DNA of 27,149 nt. Origin: Atribacterota bacterium. GTDB lineage: Bacteria > Atribacterota > Phoenicimicrobiia > Phoenicimicrobiales > Phoenicimicrobiaceae. The translations under genes and the position numbers were made by a program. The notes under the pieces were generated by a model. It ran no database searches and was not told where the DNA came from. It was given only the letters and a program-made list of their open reading frames with translations. Shown here piece by piece: positions 10,401-19,009 of the stretch (positions are counted from its first letter, which is position 1; the number at the start of each line of letters is the position of its first letter). The DNA is taken from positions 1-27,149 of the forward strand of contig JAUVOA010000001.1 of assembly GCA_030599445.1 (NCBI GenBank). Direction: 5' to 3'.

Positions 10401-10528
10401 TGCAATCCCGTAGACCTTATAAAGGATCCATAAGTAAGACTAAAGTCCTAAAGGAGATTAAAAGATGTGCCGGTACCCAATTTGACCCCCAGCTGGTGGA
10501 GATATTCTTGAAGATAGTAAAAACCTAA
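7415..10528 (+). CDS. 4xPAS-GAF-GGDEF-HD-GYP diguanylate cyclase/phosphodiesterase
   Basis: Four PAS/PAC repeats (..DITERK), a GAF segment, HDALTGLYNR, RQGD I-site plus GGDEF, HDIGK, HHEHWDGTGYP. The real start may be ATG 7436 or 7469. Confidence 0.93.
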   Translation: MYREINQMGDGDKDKEQLMNKTIKSEELYNLIVENTTDVVTLTTFTLNPVFIYINPSIKINTGYEPEELICKSPFDFIHPDDKKKLFPILIKYINAKVKKLLTDKELPTTKRIEFRFKTKDGNWRYIQSTGNIVGNQLLFITRDITSQKKLEEALRKSQQEFASLFKSSPEALVYTDEKSNILDINPRFTELFGYTLEEIKGRNIDDGMIHPPDKIEEGKELGRIAQSKGYFKCETIRKKKNGTLFLVSIYGSNISIDGQLKGMLVIYIDTTERKNILDKLKKSEEKYRNLFENMPGAYYRTDREGNLIMINPEGAKLFGYNSPENILGENIGQHLYFAPEERKRYLKELEKNKGNLKDFELTLKKKDGTPLITSDTGHFYYDKDENIAGVEGIFVDITERKKTEEALRKSQKEFASLFKSNPEALVYLDEKGIILDANLCFCKLFGYTLKEIKGRNIDDGMIHHSDKIKEGKRLTVNGLKGYLNYETIRKKRDGTLFPVSISATPLVIDGQAKGEIGIYIDITERKQNETIQKVLYNISKAANSPISLGQLYPIIHQELGNIIDTTNFYIALVDENKDELYFPYYIDEKDGKMPFVKYSITNTLTTYVIRTGKSLLNNNEQYKEMINQGILTPMGSTTDESVWLGIPLKIEDKIMGAMVVQSYINPNLYSKDDIKILEFVSSQVATAIERKSSEEKIKYLSFHDALTGLYNRAYFEEELERYNFPRYYPLSVVMLDVNGLKVINDTFGHQEGDKLLQHLSQTLTSVSRQGDILARIGGDEFTILLPSATSEQAHNFCERIKKACQQDKIEPIYLRPNISLGHATQKGEYKEINSLLKVADRNMYQDKLFNGKSREKHFLEAFRIVLAERDPHTSDHAQRLQELALSLGKRVGLTEYQLGNLKLLALLHDIGKIGIPDNILFKTYILTPSEWEKMREHSRIGYRMAKNIPDFASIAQEILYHHEHWDGTGYPEGLKGEKIPLLSRIISIVDAYDVMQSRRPYKGSISKTKVLKEIKRCAGTQFDPQLVEIFLKIVKT

Positions 10529-10842
10529 CAGGGGACGGTTCTTTGGCATAAAATATCATTTCTCTTTATCCTTTCTTCATTGAATTCCTGTTCTATTTTC
10601 AATATTGATTTTATAAATAATGTTTTGGTAAATTATATAACAAAGTATTCCTTATCTCTTTGTACCGAGGTTAATCATTGTGTTTATTGGGAAAGTTTGC
10701 ACTTCAATTCCTTGATATTTAAACTTTTCTTTGGTATATTAATGTACATAATACACTTTTAAAACAAATGACCATCCTTGGGATAAGCACAAAGAAAATT
10801 TCAAAAGTTATAAAGAATTCATTTTAAAGTATAGGAAACAAT

Positions 10843-11637
10843 ATGATAGAGTCAGCCTTTATGTACCTGACATTTTTTATTGCTTCAGGCATTAGCTCCA
10901 TGATTGGTATAGGTGGCGGAGTACTTTATGTCCCCATTTTATTAGCCTTTGATTTTCCTTTTTATCAAGCTGCGGCAATCAGTCTATTTATAATAATAGC
11001 TCTGTCCCTTTCCGCTACCTTAGTTTATTATCGAGTTCAATTAGTAGATTGGAAGTTAGCTTTAACAATTGAACCTATAATTGCTATCACCGCCCTTATA
11101 GGTGGATATTATTCTTCCTTTATTCAAATTAAGGGATTAAAAGTATTATTTGCTTTGGTCCTGATTATTTCCGGATATTTTATGATAAAGTCTATTAAAG
11201 AAATTCAAAATAAATTCATTAATAAGAGAAAATGGGGTTTCTGGCTAAGAAAATTTGGAGAAGAAGAGTATTCAGTTAATCTTTTAATCGGACTTCCGCT
11301 CACTGCTTTGGTCGGTTTAGTAGCGGGCTTATTAGGAACTGGAGGAGGGGCAATAAAAGTCCCTTTAATGGTTTTATTGCTGGGAATCCCTATGAAGATT
11401 GCAGTGGGAACATCTTGTTTTATGGTAGGGATAACTGCTTTATTCGGTTTTTGGGGGCATTATTTTGCCGGGCATTTTGAGCTTAAAATGGCTTTAATTC
11501 TGGCTTTAGTGGTTTTTGCCGGAGCTCAAGCCGGTTCTCGGATATCTATAAAAGTAGATAAAATTTTATTAAAAAAAATTTATGCTATATTTCTTTTTCT
11601 AATCTCTGCCTGGATGATGGTGAATGTGGTAAAATAA
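10843..11637 (+). CDS. TauE/SafE (TSUP) family membrane transporter
   Basis: GIGGGVLYVP and LGTGGGAIKVPLM repeats, AVGTS motif, about 8 hydrophobic segments. Confidence 0.88.
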   Translation: MIESAFMYLTFFIASGISSMIGIGGGVLYVPILLAFDFPFYQAAAISLFIIIALSLSATLVYYRVQLVDWKLALTIEPIIAITALIGGYYSSFIQIKGLKVLFALVLIISGYFMIKSIKEIQNKFINKRKWGFWLRKFGEEEYSVNLLIGLPLTALVGLVAGLLGTGGGAIKVPLMVLLLGIPMKIAVGTSCFMVGITALFGFWGHYFAGHFELKMALILALVVFAGAQAGSRISIKVDKILLKKIYAIFLFLISAWMMVNVVK

Positions 11638-11660
11638 TTAATAAAAAGAGGTAATAGTTA

Positions 11661-12389
11661 ATGAGAGTTATTGGTATTACAGGATATAAGAAAAGTGGTA
11701 AAACTACTTTAACGCTAAAACTATCCGATGAATTAATTAAAAGAGGCTATAAAGTAGCAGTGGTAAAACATATTAACGAAGACCTTGATCTGGTCAATTC
11801 GGATACTTCAAAATACAAAGAAGTTCTAACCCAGGTAGCGGCAATTACCACTAAAGAATCAGTATTTTTTCTAAAGAATAAAAAGAATTTAGAAGAGATT
11901 ATAAAATATTTTGAAGCCGATATTATCTTAATAGAAGGCTTTAAAAGGGAAAAAACTTTCCCTAAAATTGTGTGCTTAAGAGAGGAAAATGAAAAGGCTG
12001 AATTGTTTGATGGATTACAGCTTTGTACAGCTGGTTTTGTTTCTACGGAGGTAAACCCGAAGCTTTATGACTTTAATATTTTAAACGATGAGGATATAAA
12101 AAGGGTAGCAGAAATAGCAATTAATAAATCTTTTAAATTACCAAACTTAAATTGTGGGGAATGTGGATATCAAGATTGTTACGGTTTAGCTCGGGAGATT
12201 GTTAAAGGAAACAAAACTCTCGATGATTGTTCTTCTTTAGAACCTTCAACTTTAGTGAAAGTAAATGGGAAGATAATCTCGATGAATCCTTTTATAGCTA
12301 GAATTGTAAAGAACACCATTACCGGACTTTTGTCTTCTCTGAAAGGTTTTACTAAAGGGGATATTGAGATAAAGATAAAACAAAAATAA
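11661..12389 (+). CDS. mobB: Molybdopterin-guanine dinucleotide biosynthesis protein MobB with C-terminal Fe-S domain
   Basis: P-loop GYKKSGKTT, VAVVKH, LIEGFK; C-terminal NCGECGYQDC..C cluster. Confidence 0.8.
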   Translation: MRVIGITGYKKSGKTTLTLKLSDELIKRGYKVAVVKHINEDLDLVNSDTSKYKEVLTQVAAITTKESVFFLKNKKNLEEIIKYFEADIILIEGFKREKTFPKIVCLREENEKAELFDGLQLCTAGFVSTEVNPKLYDFNILNDEDIKRVAEIAINKSFKLPNLNCGECGYQDCYGLAREIVKGNKTLDDCSSLEPSTLVKVNGKIISMNPFIARIVKNTITGLLSSLKGFTKGDIEIKIKQK

Positions 12390-12392
12390 AAA

Positions 12393-12611
12393 CAGTATAT
12401 AGTATCGAGTATATAGTATATAGTAAAGAAAATAGCGGATAGAATAGGGAATTAGTTACCCAGTTACCCGGTTTGCCAGTTTTCTGGTTAAGGATTAGTT
12501 AACCAGTCATTAGCAAGACAGGTGTATGTAATTACTCCTGCCCACCGAAAACTGTAAACTGAAAACCTGTATTTAATACTAACGACTATTCACTATTCAC
12601 TAACGACTATT
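12393..12611. repeat. Intergenic period-7/8 degenerate repeat block
   Basis: cagtata-tagtatc-gagtata-tagtata-tagtaaa at the start of the block; taacgac-tattcac-tattcac-taacgac (12580-12611). Confidence 0.75.
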
Positions 12612-12631
12612 TTCATGGAGGTGACTCTTAA

Positions 12632-13633
12632 ATGCCAGTAGTATCGATTAAACCAAAAACAAGTAGCAAAAAAGAAACAAATGAAGAAAAAATATATGAT
12701 GCCGTAATAATTGGAGGTGGGCCTGCAGGCTTAACCGCAGGCATCTATCTTAGTCGAGCCAGAATGAGCACTCTATTAATTGAAAAAGCCCTTCCTGGTG
12801 GACAGGCAATCCTTACTGAAATTATTGAAAATTATCCTGGCTTTCCCCATGGCATTATGGGGCCTGAATTAATGCAAAAAATGGAGGAGCAGTCTGTAGG
12901 ATTTGGCTTAAAAATAGAATATGGAGAAGTAGCAGAAATTAAAATAAAAGAAGGTAAGGAAAATAAGGTAAAAATAGTAAAAATCAATAATCAAGAATAT
13001 AAAACCTTGGCTATTATTCTGGCTTCCGGAGTAGAAGCGAGTAAATTAGAAGTCCCCGGAGAAGTAGAATTAAGAGGAAGGGGAGTTTCTTATTGCGCTA
13101 CCTGTGATGCCCCCTTTTTTAAGGAGCAAAAGATAGTAGTGGTTGGTGGAGGAGACACGGCAATTGAAGAAGCTTTATATTTAACTAAGTTTGTTCGAGA
13201 AACAACTATTATTCACCGTCGAGATAGATTAAGAGCAACCAAGATATTACAGGAAAGAGTTTTTGCTAATAAGAAAATAAATTTTGCCTGGGATTCAGTA
13301 GTAACAAAAATATTAGGCAACGAAAAAGTGGAAGGTGTTTTGGTTCAAAACAAAAAAACAGGTGAAGAAAGGGAAATATCCTGTCAGGGCATTTTTGTTT
13401 TTGTGGGGAACATACCTAATTCAAAATTTTTTAACGAGTTAATAAAATTAGACAAAAAGGGTTATATTTTAACTGACGATAATATGATGACCTCACAAGA
13501 AGGCATCTATGCTTGCGGAGATGTTAGAAAAAAACTCTTAAGGCAGGTGGTTACTGCCTGTGGAGAGGGAGCTACTGCTGCCTTTGCTGCTCAGAAGTAT
13601 ATCGAAGAATTAAAAGGTACTTCCTATAAATAA
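12632..13633 (+). CDS. trxB: Thioredoxin-disulfide reductase
   Basis: GGGPAGLTA, RGVSYCATCD, GGGDTAIEEA, GIYACGD; SD GGAGGTG upstream. Confidence 0.95.
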   Translation: MPVVSIKPKTSSKKETNEEKIYDAVIIGGGPAGLTAGIYLSRARMSTLLIEKALPGGQAILTEIIENYPGFPHGIMGPELMQKMEEQSVGFGLKIEYGEVAEIKIKEGKENKVKIVKINNQEYKTLAIILASGVEASKLEVPGEVELRGRGVSYCATCDAPFFKEQKIVVVGGGDTAIEEALYLTKFVRETTIIHRRDRLRATKILQERVFANKKINFAWDSVVTKILGNEKVEGVLVQNKKTGEEREISCQGIFVFVGNIPNSKFFNELIKLDKKGYILTDDNMMTSQEGIYACGDVRKKLLRQVVTACGEGATAAFAAQKYIEELKGTSYK

Positions 13634-13652
13634 TACTAAGAAAGGATAGAAA

Positions 13653-14483
13653 ATGGAATTTGGAATATCAACTATGCCCCTTGAGGATTATCAATTAAAA
13701 TCAAAGTTACCTCTACTTAAAGAGGCTGGGATAAAATATATTGAGGTAAAACCGAAAGAAGGACATTTCAATTATCATGACCCCAAATATCTGGATGAAA
13801 TGTCTAAAGAATTTAAAAGAAATGGAGTAAAAGTAATATCAATGCATATGCCTACTCACGGAGCAGATATTTCCCTGATTGAGGAATATGACCGGATATG
13901 GTCTGTCCGGGAAGTGGAAAAAACAGCTCTTGCCTTACTGAGATTAGGAGGAGAGATTTTAGTAATTCATCCGGGAAGTGAAATTGAAGATAAAAAAATG
14001 AGGAAAGAACGACGAAAAAAGAGCGAACAAAGCTTAGAAGAAATACTAAAATTTTGTGAACACTGGGGAATTAAGATTGCTTTAGAGAATACTTTACCCG
14101 GAAAGATCGGTGACAGCATACCTGAAATTCTGGAGATAGTAAGAAAATTTAATTCAAAAAATCTGAGAATTTGTCTGGATACCGGACATTGTAACATAAC
14201 TTCTTCTCTTTATAATCATAGTGGAGTTGTGGAGTGTTTACCGGAAACAAAAGATTATTTATATCATTTACATATTCACGATAATTTTGGAAAGAGTGAT
14301 GACCATTCTCTGCCTTTTGAAGGCAATATAGATTGGAAAGGATTTGTAAAGAGCTTAAAAGAAATTAATTACAAAGGGGTATTTATGTTTGAATTAAGAA
14401 AAAAAACAAATAATGAAGAAATGCTCCGAACGACTAAAGAATCGTATCTAAATTTATTTAAGGAAGAAAAAAATGACCGATAA
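13653..14483 (+). CDS. Sugar phosphate isomerase/epimerase (AP endonuclease 2 TIM-barrel family)
   Basis: [44 protein letters not shown] motifs. Confidence 0.85.
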   Translation: MEFGISTMPLEDYQLKSKLPLLKEAGIKYIEVKPKEGHFNYHDPKYLDEMSKEFKRNGVKVISMHMPTHGADISLIEEYDRIWSVREVEKTALALLRLGGEILVIHPGSEIEDKKMRKERRKKSEQSLEEILKFCEHWGIKIALENTLPGKIGDSIPEILEIVRKFNSKNLRICLDTGHCNITSSLYNHSGVVECLPETKDYLYHLHIHDNFGKSDDHSLPFEGNIDWKGFVKSLKEINYKGVFMFELRKKTNNEEMLRTTKESYLNLFKEEKNDR

Positions 14484-15351
14484 AAAAGAACATCTTTATT
14501 GGTTAAGAAGAAAATTACCCGACCAAAAAGTTTTAGAACGGATGGATTCATTATTAAAAGAACTAAATTTACATACAGTTTGTGATAGTGCCCTGTGTCC
14601 CAATCGAGGCGAGTGTTTTAAAAAAGGAACGGCTACTTTTATGATATTGGGGAATATCTGTACGCGAAACTGCAAGTTTTGTGCTGTAGAAAAGGGCAAA
14701 CCACTCCCTTTAGACCCGGAGGAGCCCCATCATATTGCCCAAGCTGCCAAACATTTAAATCTTAAACATATAGTGGTTACTTCTGTAACCAGAGATGACC
14801 TTCCGGATGGCGGAGCAAAACACTTTTCCTGGACCATTATGGAGATTAAAAAGTTGCTTCCTGAAAGTACCATGGAGGTATTAGTTCCTGATTTTGAGGG
14901 TTCCTGGGAAGCACTCCAAACAGTAATAGATGCTCAGCCAGAAGTTATAAATCATAATATTGAAACGGTTGTCCGCTTATATAATTTGGTAAGGCCAAAA
15001 GCAGTTTATAAGCGTTCCTTAGAATTATTAAGACAAATTAAGATTCGGGATAAAAATATTATCTCTAAATCGGGGATTATGGTAGGCTTAGGAGAGGAAA
15101 AGGAAGAAGTTATTAAAGCGATGAAAGATTTACGAGAAGTGGATTGTGACATTTTAACTATAGGTCAATATTTAAAGCCGTCTCCTCACCATTTAAAAAT
15201 CAACGAATATATTCATCCTGATAAATTTGATGAATATCAGAAGATAGGGATGTCTTTAGGCTTTAAATACGTAGCCTCGAACCCTTTGGTGCGCAGTTCC
15301 TATCGTGCCGGTGAAATATTAAAAAAAGTACAATTTAATTTTAATTTGTAA
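14473..15351 (+). CDS. lipA: Lipoyl synthase (radical SAM)
   Basis: Auxiliary cluster motif [12 protein letters not shown], radical SAM motif CTRNCKFC, C-terminal VRSSY. Confidence 0.95.
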   Translation: MTDKKEHLYWLRRKLPDQKVLERMDSLLKELNLHTVCDSALCPNRGECFKKGTATFMILGNICTRNCKFCAVEKGKPLPLDPEEPHHIAQAAKHLNLKHIVVTSVTRDDLPDGGAKHFSWTIMEIKKLLPESTMEVLVPDFEGSWEALQTVIDAQPEVINHNIETVVRLYNLVRPKAVYKRSLELLRQIKIRDKNIISKSGIMVGLGEEKEEVIKAMKDLREVDCDILTIGQYLKPSPHHLKINEYIHPDKFDEYQKIGMSLGFKYVASNPLVRSSYRAGEILKKVQFNFNL

Positions 15352-15361
15352 GCTAATTTCT

Positions 15362-15390
15362 TTGATATATTTAAATATATCTGATAGAAT
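15362..15390 (+). promoter_or_regulatory. Extended -10 sigma70 promoter for the EF-G paralogue, with a palindromic spacer
   Basis: TTGATA-N17-TAGAAT with TG at 15382-15383; perfect palindrome gatatatttaaatatatc at 15364-15381. Confidence 0.55.
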
Positions 15391-15447
15391 TAAAATCAAT
15401 AAATCAAATATAAGAAAATTGACCAAGGATAAGGAGGACGGGTTTGT

Positions 15448-17547
15448 ATGACCAAATATGATATTAGTAAAGTAAGAAATATTGCCTTGGTGGGCCATGG
15501 TGATTCTGGAAAAACCTCGCTTACCGAGGCTTTGCTTTATGATTCAGGAATGATTACTAGATTGGGAGACATCAAACAAGGTAATACCACTACTGATTAT
15601 GATCCCCGAGAAATAAAGAAAGGAATAACCATCAATTCATCTTTAGCTTATTTAGATTGGAAGGGTTTGATGGTAAATATTCTCGATACCCCGGGTTACC
15701 TTGATTTTATTACTGATACCAAATTGAGCCTTAGAGTTGTGGATGGTACCATAATAGTTGTATGCGGGGTATCAGGAGTAGAAGTGCAGACTGAAAAAGT
15801 CTGGGATTTTGCCGATGAATACAAACTACCCCGAGCTCTTTTTATAAATAAAATGGATCGGGAAAGAGCCGATTTTTATCGAGTAAAAGATACGATTAAC
15901 AAAGTTTTTGGTTCATCCGTAATTTCAGTACAATTACCCATTGGTAAAGAAGAAAACTTCCAAGGTATAGTCGATTTAATAAAGATGAAAGCCGTTATTT
16001 ATAAAAAATCAGGAGATGGTAAGCCAATTTTTGAAGAACAAGAAATTCCTCAGGATATTAAAGAAGAAGCAGAATCTTACAGGAAGGAATTAGTAGAAGC
16101 AGTAGCTGAATTCGATGACGAGCTTTTAATGAAATATTTAGACGGAGAAACTTTGACCAACCAGGAAATTACTTCTTTGTTAAAGCAGGGTATAAAAGAA
16201 AGAAAGATTGTTCCCATTCTTTGCGGCTCAGCAACCATGAATTTAGGAATAGAGCTTCTTCTTGATTTTATAAGCGAATATCTTCCTTCGCCATCTGAAA
16301 CACCTCCTGTTGCAGCAAAAAATGTAAAAACTTCTTCCGAAGAATTAGTAAAAAATTCTATTGATTCCCCTTTTTCTGCTTTTGTTTTTAAAACTGTAGC
16401 AGACCCCTATGTGGGAAATTTAACCTATTTTAGAGTGTATTCAGGGAAATTACCTGAAGATTCAAATATTTATAATTCTTCAAAAAGCATAGATAATAAA
16501 GTAGGAAAAATTTATAAAATGCAGGGCAAGAATCAACGCCCTATTTCTGAGGTTTGTGCCGGAGATACTGCAGCTGTAGCTAAACTTAAGAATACTATTA
16601 CAGGTGATACTCTCTGTGATAAAGATAATCCTGTTTTATTTGAAAAAATAGAATATCCCGAACCAATAATGCTGCTGGCAATCTCTCCCAAGACTAAGGG
16701 AGATGAGGATAAATTAAGTACCGCTTTAAGCAAGATAATTGATGAGGATCCTACAGTTAAAGTTTACCGGGATGAAAATACCGGAGAGACCATATTAGCC
16801 GGCATGGGAGAATCCCATCTGGAAGTAATAATTGATACCATGGAGAGTAAATTTGGAGTAGAGGTTGAAAAGAGTACTCCTAAAGTAGGGTATAAAGAGA
16901 CTATCCGAAAAAAAGTTAAGGTAGAAGGGAAATACAAAAAACAGTCCGGTGGCAGAGGGCAGTACGGACATTGCTGGTTAGAGCTTGAGCCCAAAGCAAG
17001 AGGAGGGGGTTTTGAATTTGTAGATAAAATAGTTGGTGGAGTAATTCCGCGTCAGTATCGTCCTGCAGTAGAAAAAGGTGTGGTTGGAGCAATGAAAAAA
17101 GGAATATTGGCAGGATATCCCACCGTAGATATAAAGGCTATTGTTTATGATGGCAGTTATCACCCAGTGGATTCTTCAGAGATGGCTTTCAAGGTAGCCG
17201 GTTCGATGGCTTTTAAGAAAGGGGCCGTAGAAGCTAACCCGATCTTATTAGAGCCTATTATGGATATAGAAGTAATAGTGCCAAAAGAATATATGGGGGA
17301 TATAATTGGAGATTTGAATAGCAAAAGAGGGAAGATAATGGGCATGGAAGAATCTTCAAGTGGAAAACAGGCTATTAAAGCTAAAATACCCCAAGCAGAG
17401 ATTTTTAAATATGCTATCGATTTAAGGTCGATTACTCAGGGCAGAGGAACTTTTAGTTTGAAATTTTCCCATTATGAAGAGGTGCCTGCTAATATTGTAC
17501 AGGAAATAATTGCTAAATCCAAAGAAGAAGAGGAAGAGAAAAAATAA
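15448..17547 (+). CDS. fusA2: Elongation factor G paralogue (EF-G2/EFG II type)
   Basis: Full EF-G architecture (NKMD, GMGESHLEV, YKKQSGGRGQYG, SYHPVDSSEMAFK) with divergent G1 GHGDSGKT and G3 DTPGYLDF; not in a str operon context. Confidence 0.88.
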   Translation: MTKYDISKVRNIALVGHGDSGKTSLTEALLYDSGMITRLGDIKQGNTTTDYDPREIKKGITINSSLAYLDWKGLMVNILDTPGYLDFITDTKLSLRVVDGTIIVVCGVSGVEVQTEKVWDFADEYKLPRALFINKMDRERADFYRVKDTINKVFGSSVISVQLPIGKEENFQGIVDLIKMKAVIYKKSGDGKPIFEEQEIPQDIKEEAESYRKELVEAVAEFDDELLMKYLDGETLTNQEITSLLKQGIKERKIVPILCGSATMNLGIELLLDFISEYLPSPSETPPVAAKNVKTSSEELVKNSIDSPFSAFVFKTVADPYVGNLTYFRVYSGKLPEDSNIYNSSKSIDNKVGKIYKMQGKNQRPISEVCAGDTAAVAKLKNTITGDTLCDKDNPVLFEKIEYPEPIMLLAISPKTKGDEDKLSTALSKIIDEDPTVKVYRDENTGETILAGMGESHLEVIIDTMESKFGVEVEKSTPKVGYKETIRKKVKVEGKYKKQSGGRGQYGHCWLELEPKARGGGFEFVDKIVGGVIPRQYRPAVEKGVVGAMKKGILAGYPTVDIKAIVYDGSYHPVDSSEMAFKVAGSMAFKKGAVEANPILLEPIMDIEVIVPKEYMGDIIGDLNSKRGKIMGMEESSSGKQAIKAKIPQAEIFKYAIDLRSITQGRGTFSLKFSHYEEVPANIVQEIIAKSKEEEEEKK

Positions 17548-17682
17548 TTCTCAAAAAAATTTAAAAAATATTTTATAAAAAGAAGGATTTTTAAATCAGA
17601 TATAGTATATATTATATAGAGATAGACTTATTTATCGATTTGTACTAGTAAAATATTATAAAAAAAAGGGGAGGTGTAATAA

Positions 17683-17766
17683 ATGTTTGCAGATTTAGCT
17701 TGGTATTGGTGGGCAGCAATCATTGGGGCGATAGCGTATTTGATATGGTATTTTGCAGGAGAATAG
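17683..17766 (+). CDS. Putative 27-aa single-pass membrane peptide MFADLAWYWWAAIIGAIAYLIWYFAGE
   Basis: Strong SD GGGAGGTG (17669-17676) 6 nt before ATG, a continuous hydrophobic stretch, and a downstream intrinsic terminator. Below the ORF-track cutoff. Confidence 0.7.
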   Translation: MFADLAWYWWAAIIGAIAYLIWYFAGE

Positions 17767-17822
17767 AATAAAATATAAATTTTATTTAAATTACTACTAA
17801 AAATTATAAGAAACGTTTCTAT

Positions 17823-17860
17823 AAGTGCAGGGTAAAGCAAATTGTCCTGCACTTTATTTT
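17823..17860 (+). terminator. Intrinsic terminator downstream of the small ORF
   Basis: aagtgcagg (17823-17831)/cctgcactt (17846-17854) followed by tatttt. Confidence 0.7.
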
Positions 17861-18003
17861 ATAAAAAAGTTGGTGTAAACTTTAGTGGAGCAGCAAGAAA
17901 GAGGAAAAAATATTTATTACTTTTGTTTTCCTATCTTCATTTTTCTCTGGTTCTTTTTCTTTACGCGATACTCGATACGTAATACGCGATACGAATAAGG
18001 ATA

Positions 18004-18032
18004 TTGCAATATTTAAAAGTATACTCTATATT
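18004..18032 (+). promoter_or_regulatory. sigma70 promoter
   Basis: TTGCAA-N17-TATATT. Confidence 0.55.
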
Positions 18033-18076
18033 ATAAGCGTAACATGTAAAAAATATAGCTGATTAATTTAGCAAGG

Positions 18077-18955
18077 GTGATTAATTTGAAATTAAAAACC
18101 AAAAAAGGATATATTTTATTAATTTTGCTTTTCCTCATTTTCTTTATTATTGCTTATAAATCAAAGGCAGATGAAATAAACGGGGAAAACAGAGTAATCC
18201 CTTTAGGAGAAGTAGATTCATTAAAAGTGACTATAAAATTTGGGGCAGGAAAGCTGGACTTAATTTCCGGGGAAGAAGATGTGTTTAAAGGCAATTTTCA
18301 ATATGATAAAAGTATCTTAAAGCCTAATGTCCAGTATGAAATATTAGAGAAAACCGGTATTTTAATTCTATCGCAAAGTATTAAGAAAGACCTTGATTTA
18401 CCATTTCCTTATAAAAATAGATGGAATTTGAAATTACCTTCCAGTATCCCTCTGCAATTATATATCAACACCGCAACTTATAGTGGAGATATTAACCTAA
18501 CTAATTTACAGATAGAATATTTTCATCTTAATTCAGGAGCAAGTCAAACCAATATTGAATTTAATCAACCTAATCTTATAGACTTAAAAAATATTAATAT
18601 CAAAACAGGCGCCTCTTCTATAAAAATGTTAGGTTTAGCCAATGCAAATTTTAATGAAATGAATTTTACCGGTGGAGCAGGGAGCTACACTTTTGATTTT
18701 TCAGGTAACCTGACTAAAAAATCGAAAGTTAGTATTAATGCAGGAGCAGCCAAAATAATTTTGAAGATACCTGCGAACATGGGGGCTAAGATAATTTTTA
18801 GAAATTTTCCGGCTTCAAAATTAGATGTCAGGGGTTTTATAAAAATAAATGACCAGACTTATATTAGCCCGGAATATGGCAAAAGTGCCGCAGAATTAGA
18901 TATCGAAATCAAGGGAGGCCTTGTAGATGTTGAGGTAGTCTCACTAACCAATTGA
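18077..18955 (+). CDS. Exported/membrane-anchored beta-repeat protein (toast-rack/LiaF-LiaG-like)
   Basis: N-terminal basic plus hydrophobic anchor, then repeated GAG/GAS beta-strand units (IKFGAGKL, LNSGASQT, IKTGASSI, FTGGAGSY, INAGAAKI). Family assigned from pattern only. Confidence 0.6.
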   Translation: MINLKLKTKKGYILLILLFLIFFIIAYKSKADEINGENRVIPLGEVDSLKVTIKFGAGKLDLISGEEDVFKGNFQYDKSILKPNVQYEILEKTGILILSQSIKKDLDLPFPYKNRWNLKLPSSIPLQLYINTATYSGDINLTNLQIEYFHLNSGASQTNIEFNQPNLIDLKNINIKTGASSIKMLGLANANFNEMNFTGGAGSYTFDFSGNLTKKSKVSINAGAAKIILKIPANMGAKIIFRNFPASKLDVRGFIKINDQTYISPEYGKSAAELDIEIKGGLVDVEVVSLTN

Positions 18956-18980
18956 CTTTTATTTTTTTTTCAATTATACT
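18952..18980 (+). promoter_or_regulatory. sigma70 promoter of the leuS T-box/tRNA-Ala leader
   Basis: TTGACT-N17-TATACT. Confidence 0.75.
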
Positions 18981-19009
18981 AAAAACGAACTCAGAAAGAA
19001 AAAGACCGA

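Noticed and set aside
10530-10800. ORF 10580-10762 and possible minus-strand pseudogene fragments; motif caggggacggttcttt at the 3' end of the signalling gene
   Set aside because: No family signature or RBS. The motif is single-copy here, so a repeat call is unsupported.
17628-17852. Minus-strand 74-aa ORF
   Set aside because: It is the shadow of the plus-strand 27-aa ORF, which has the SD and terminator.
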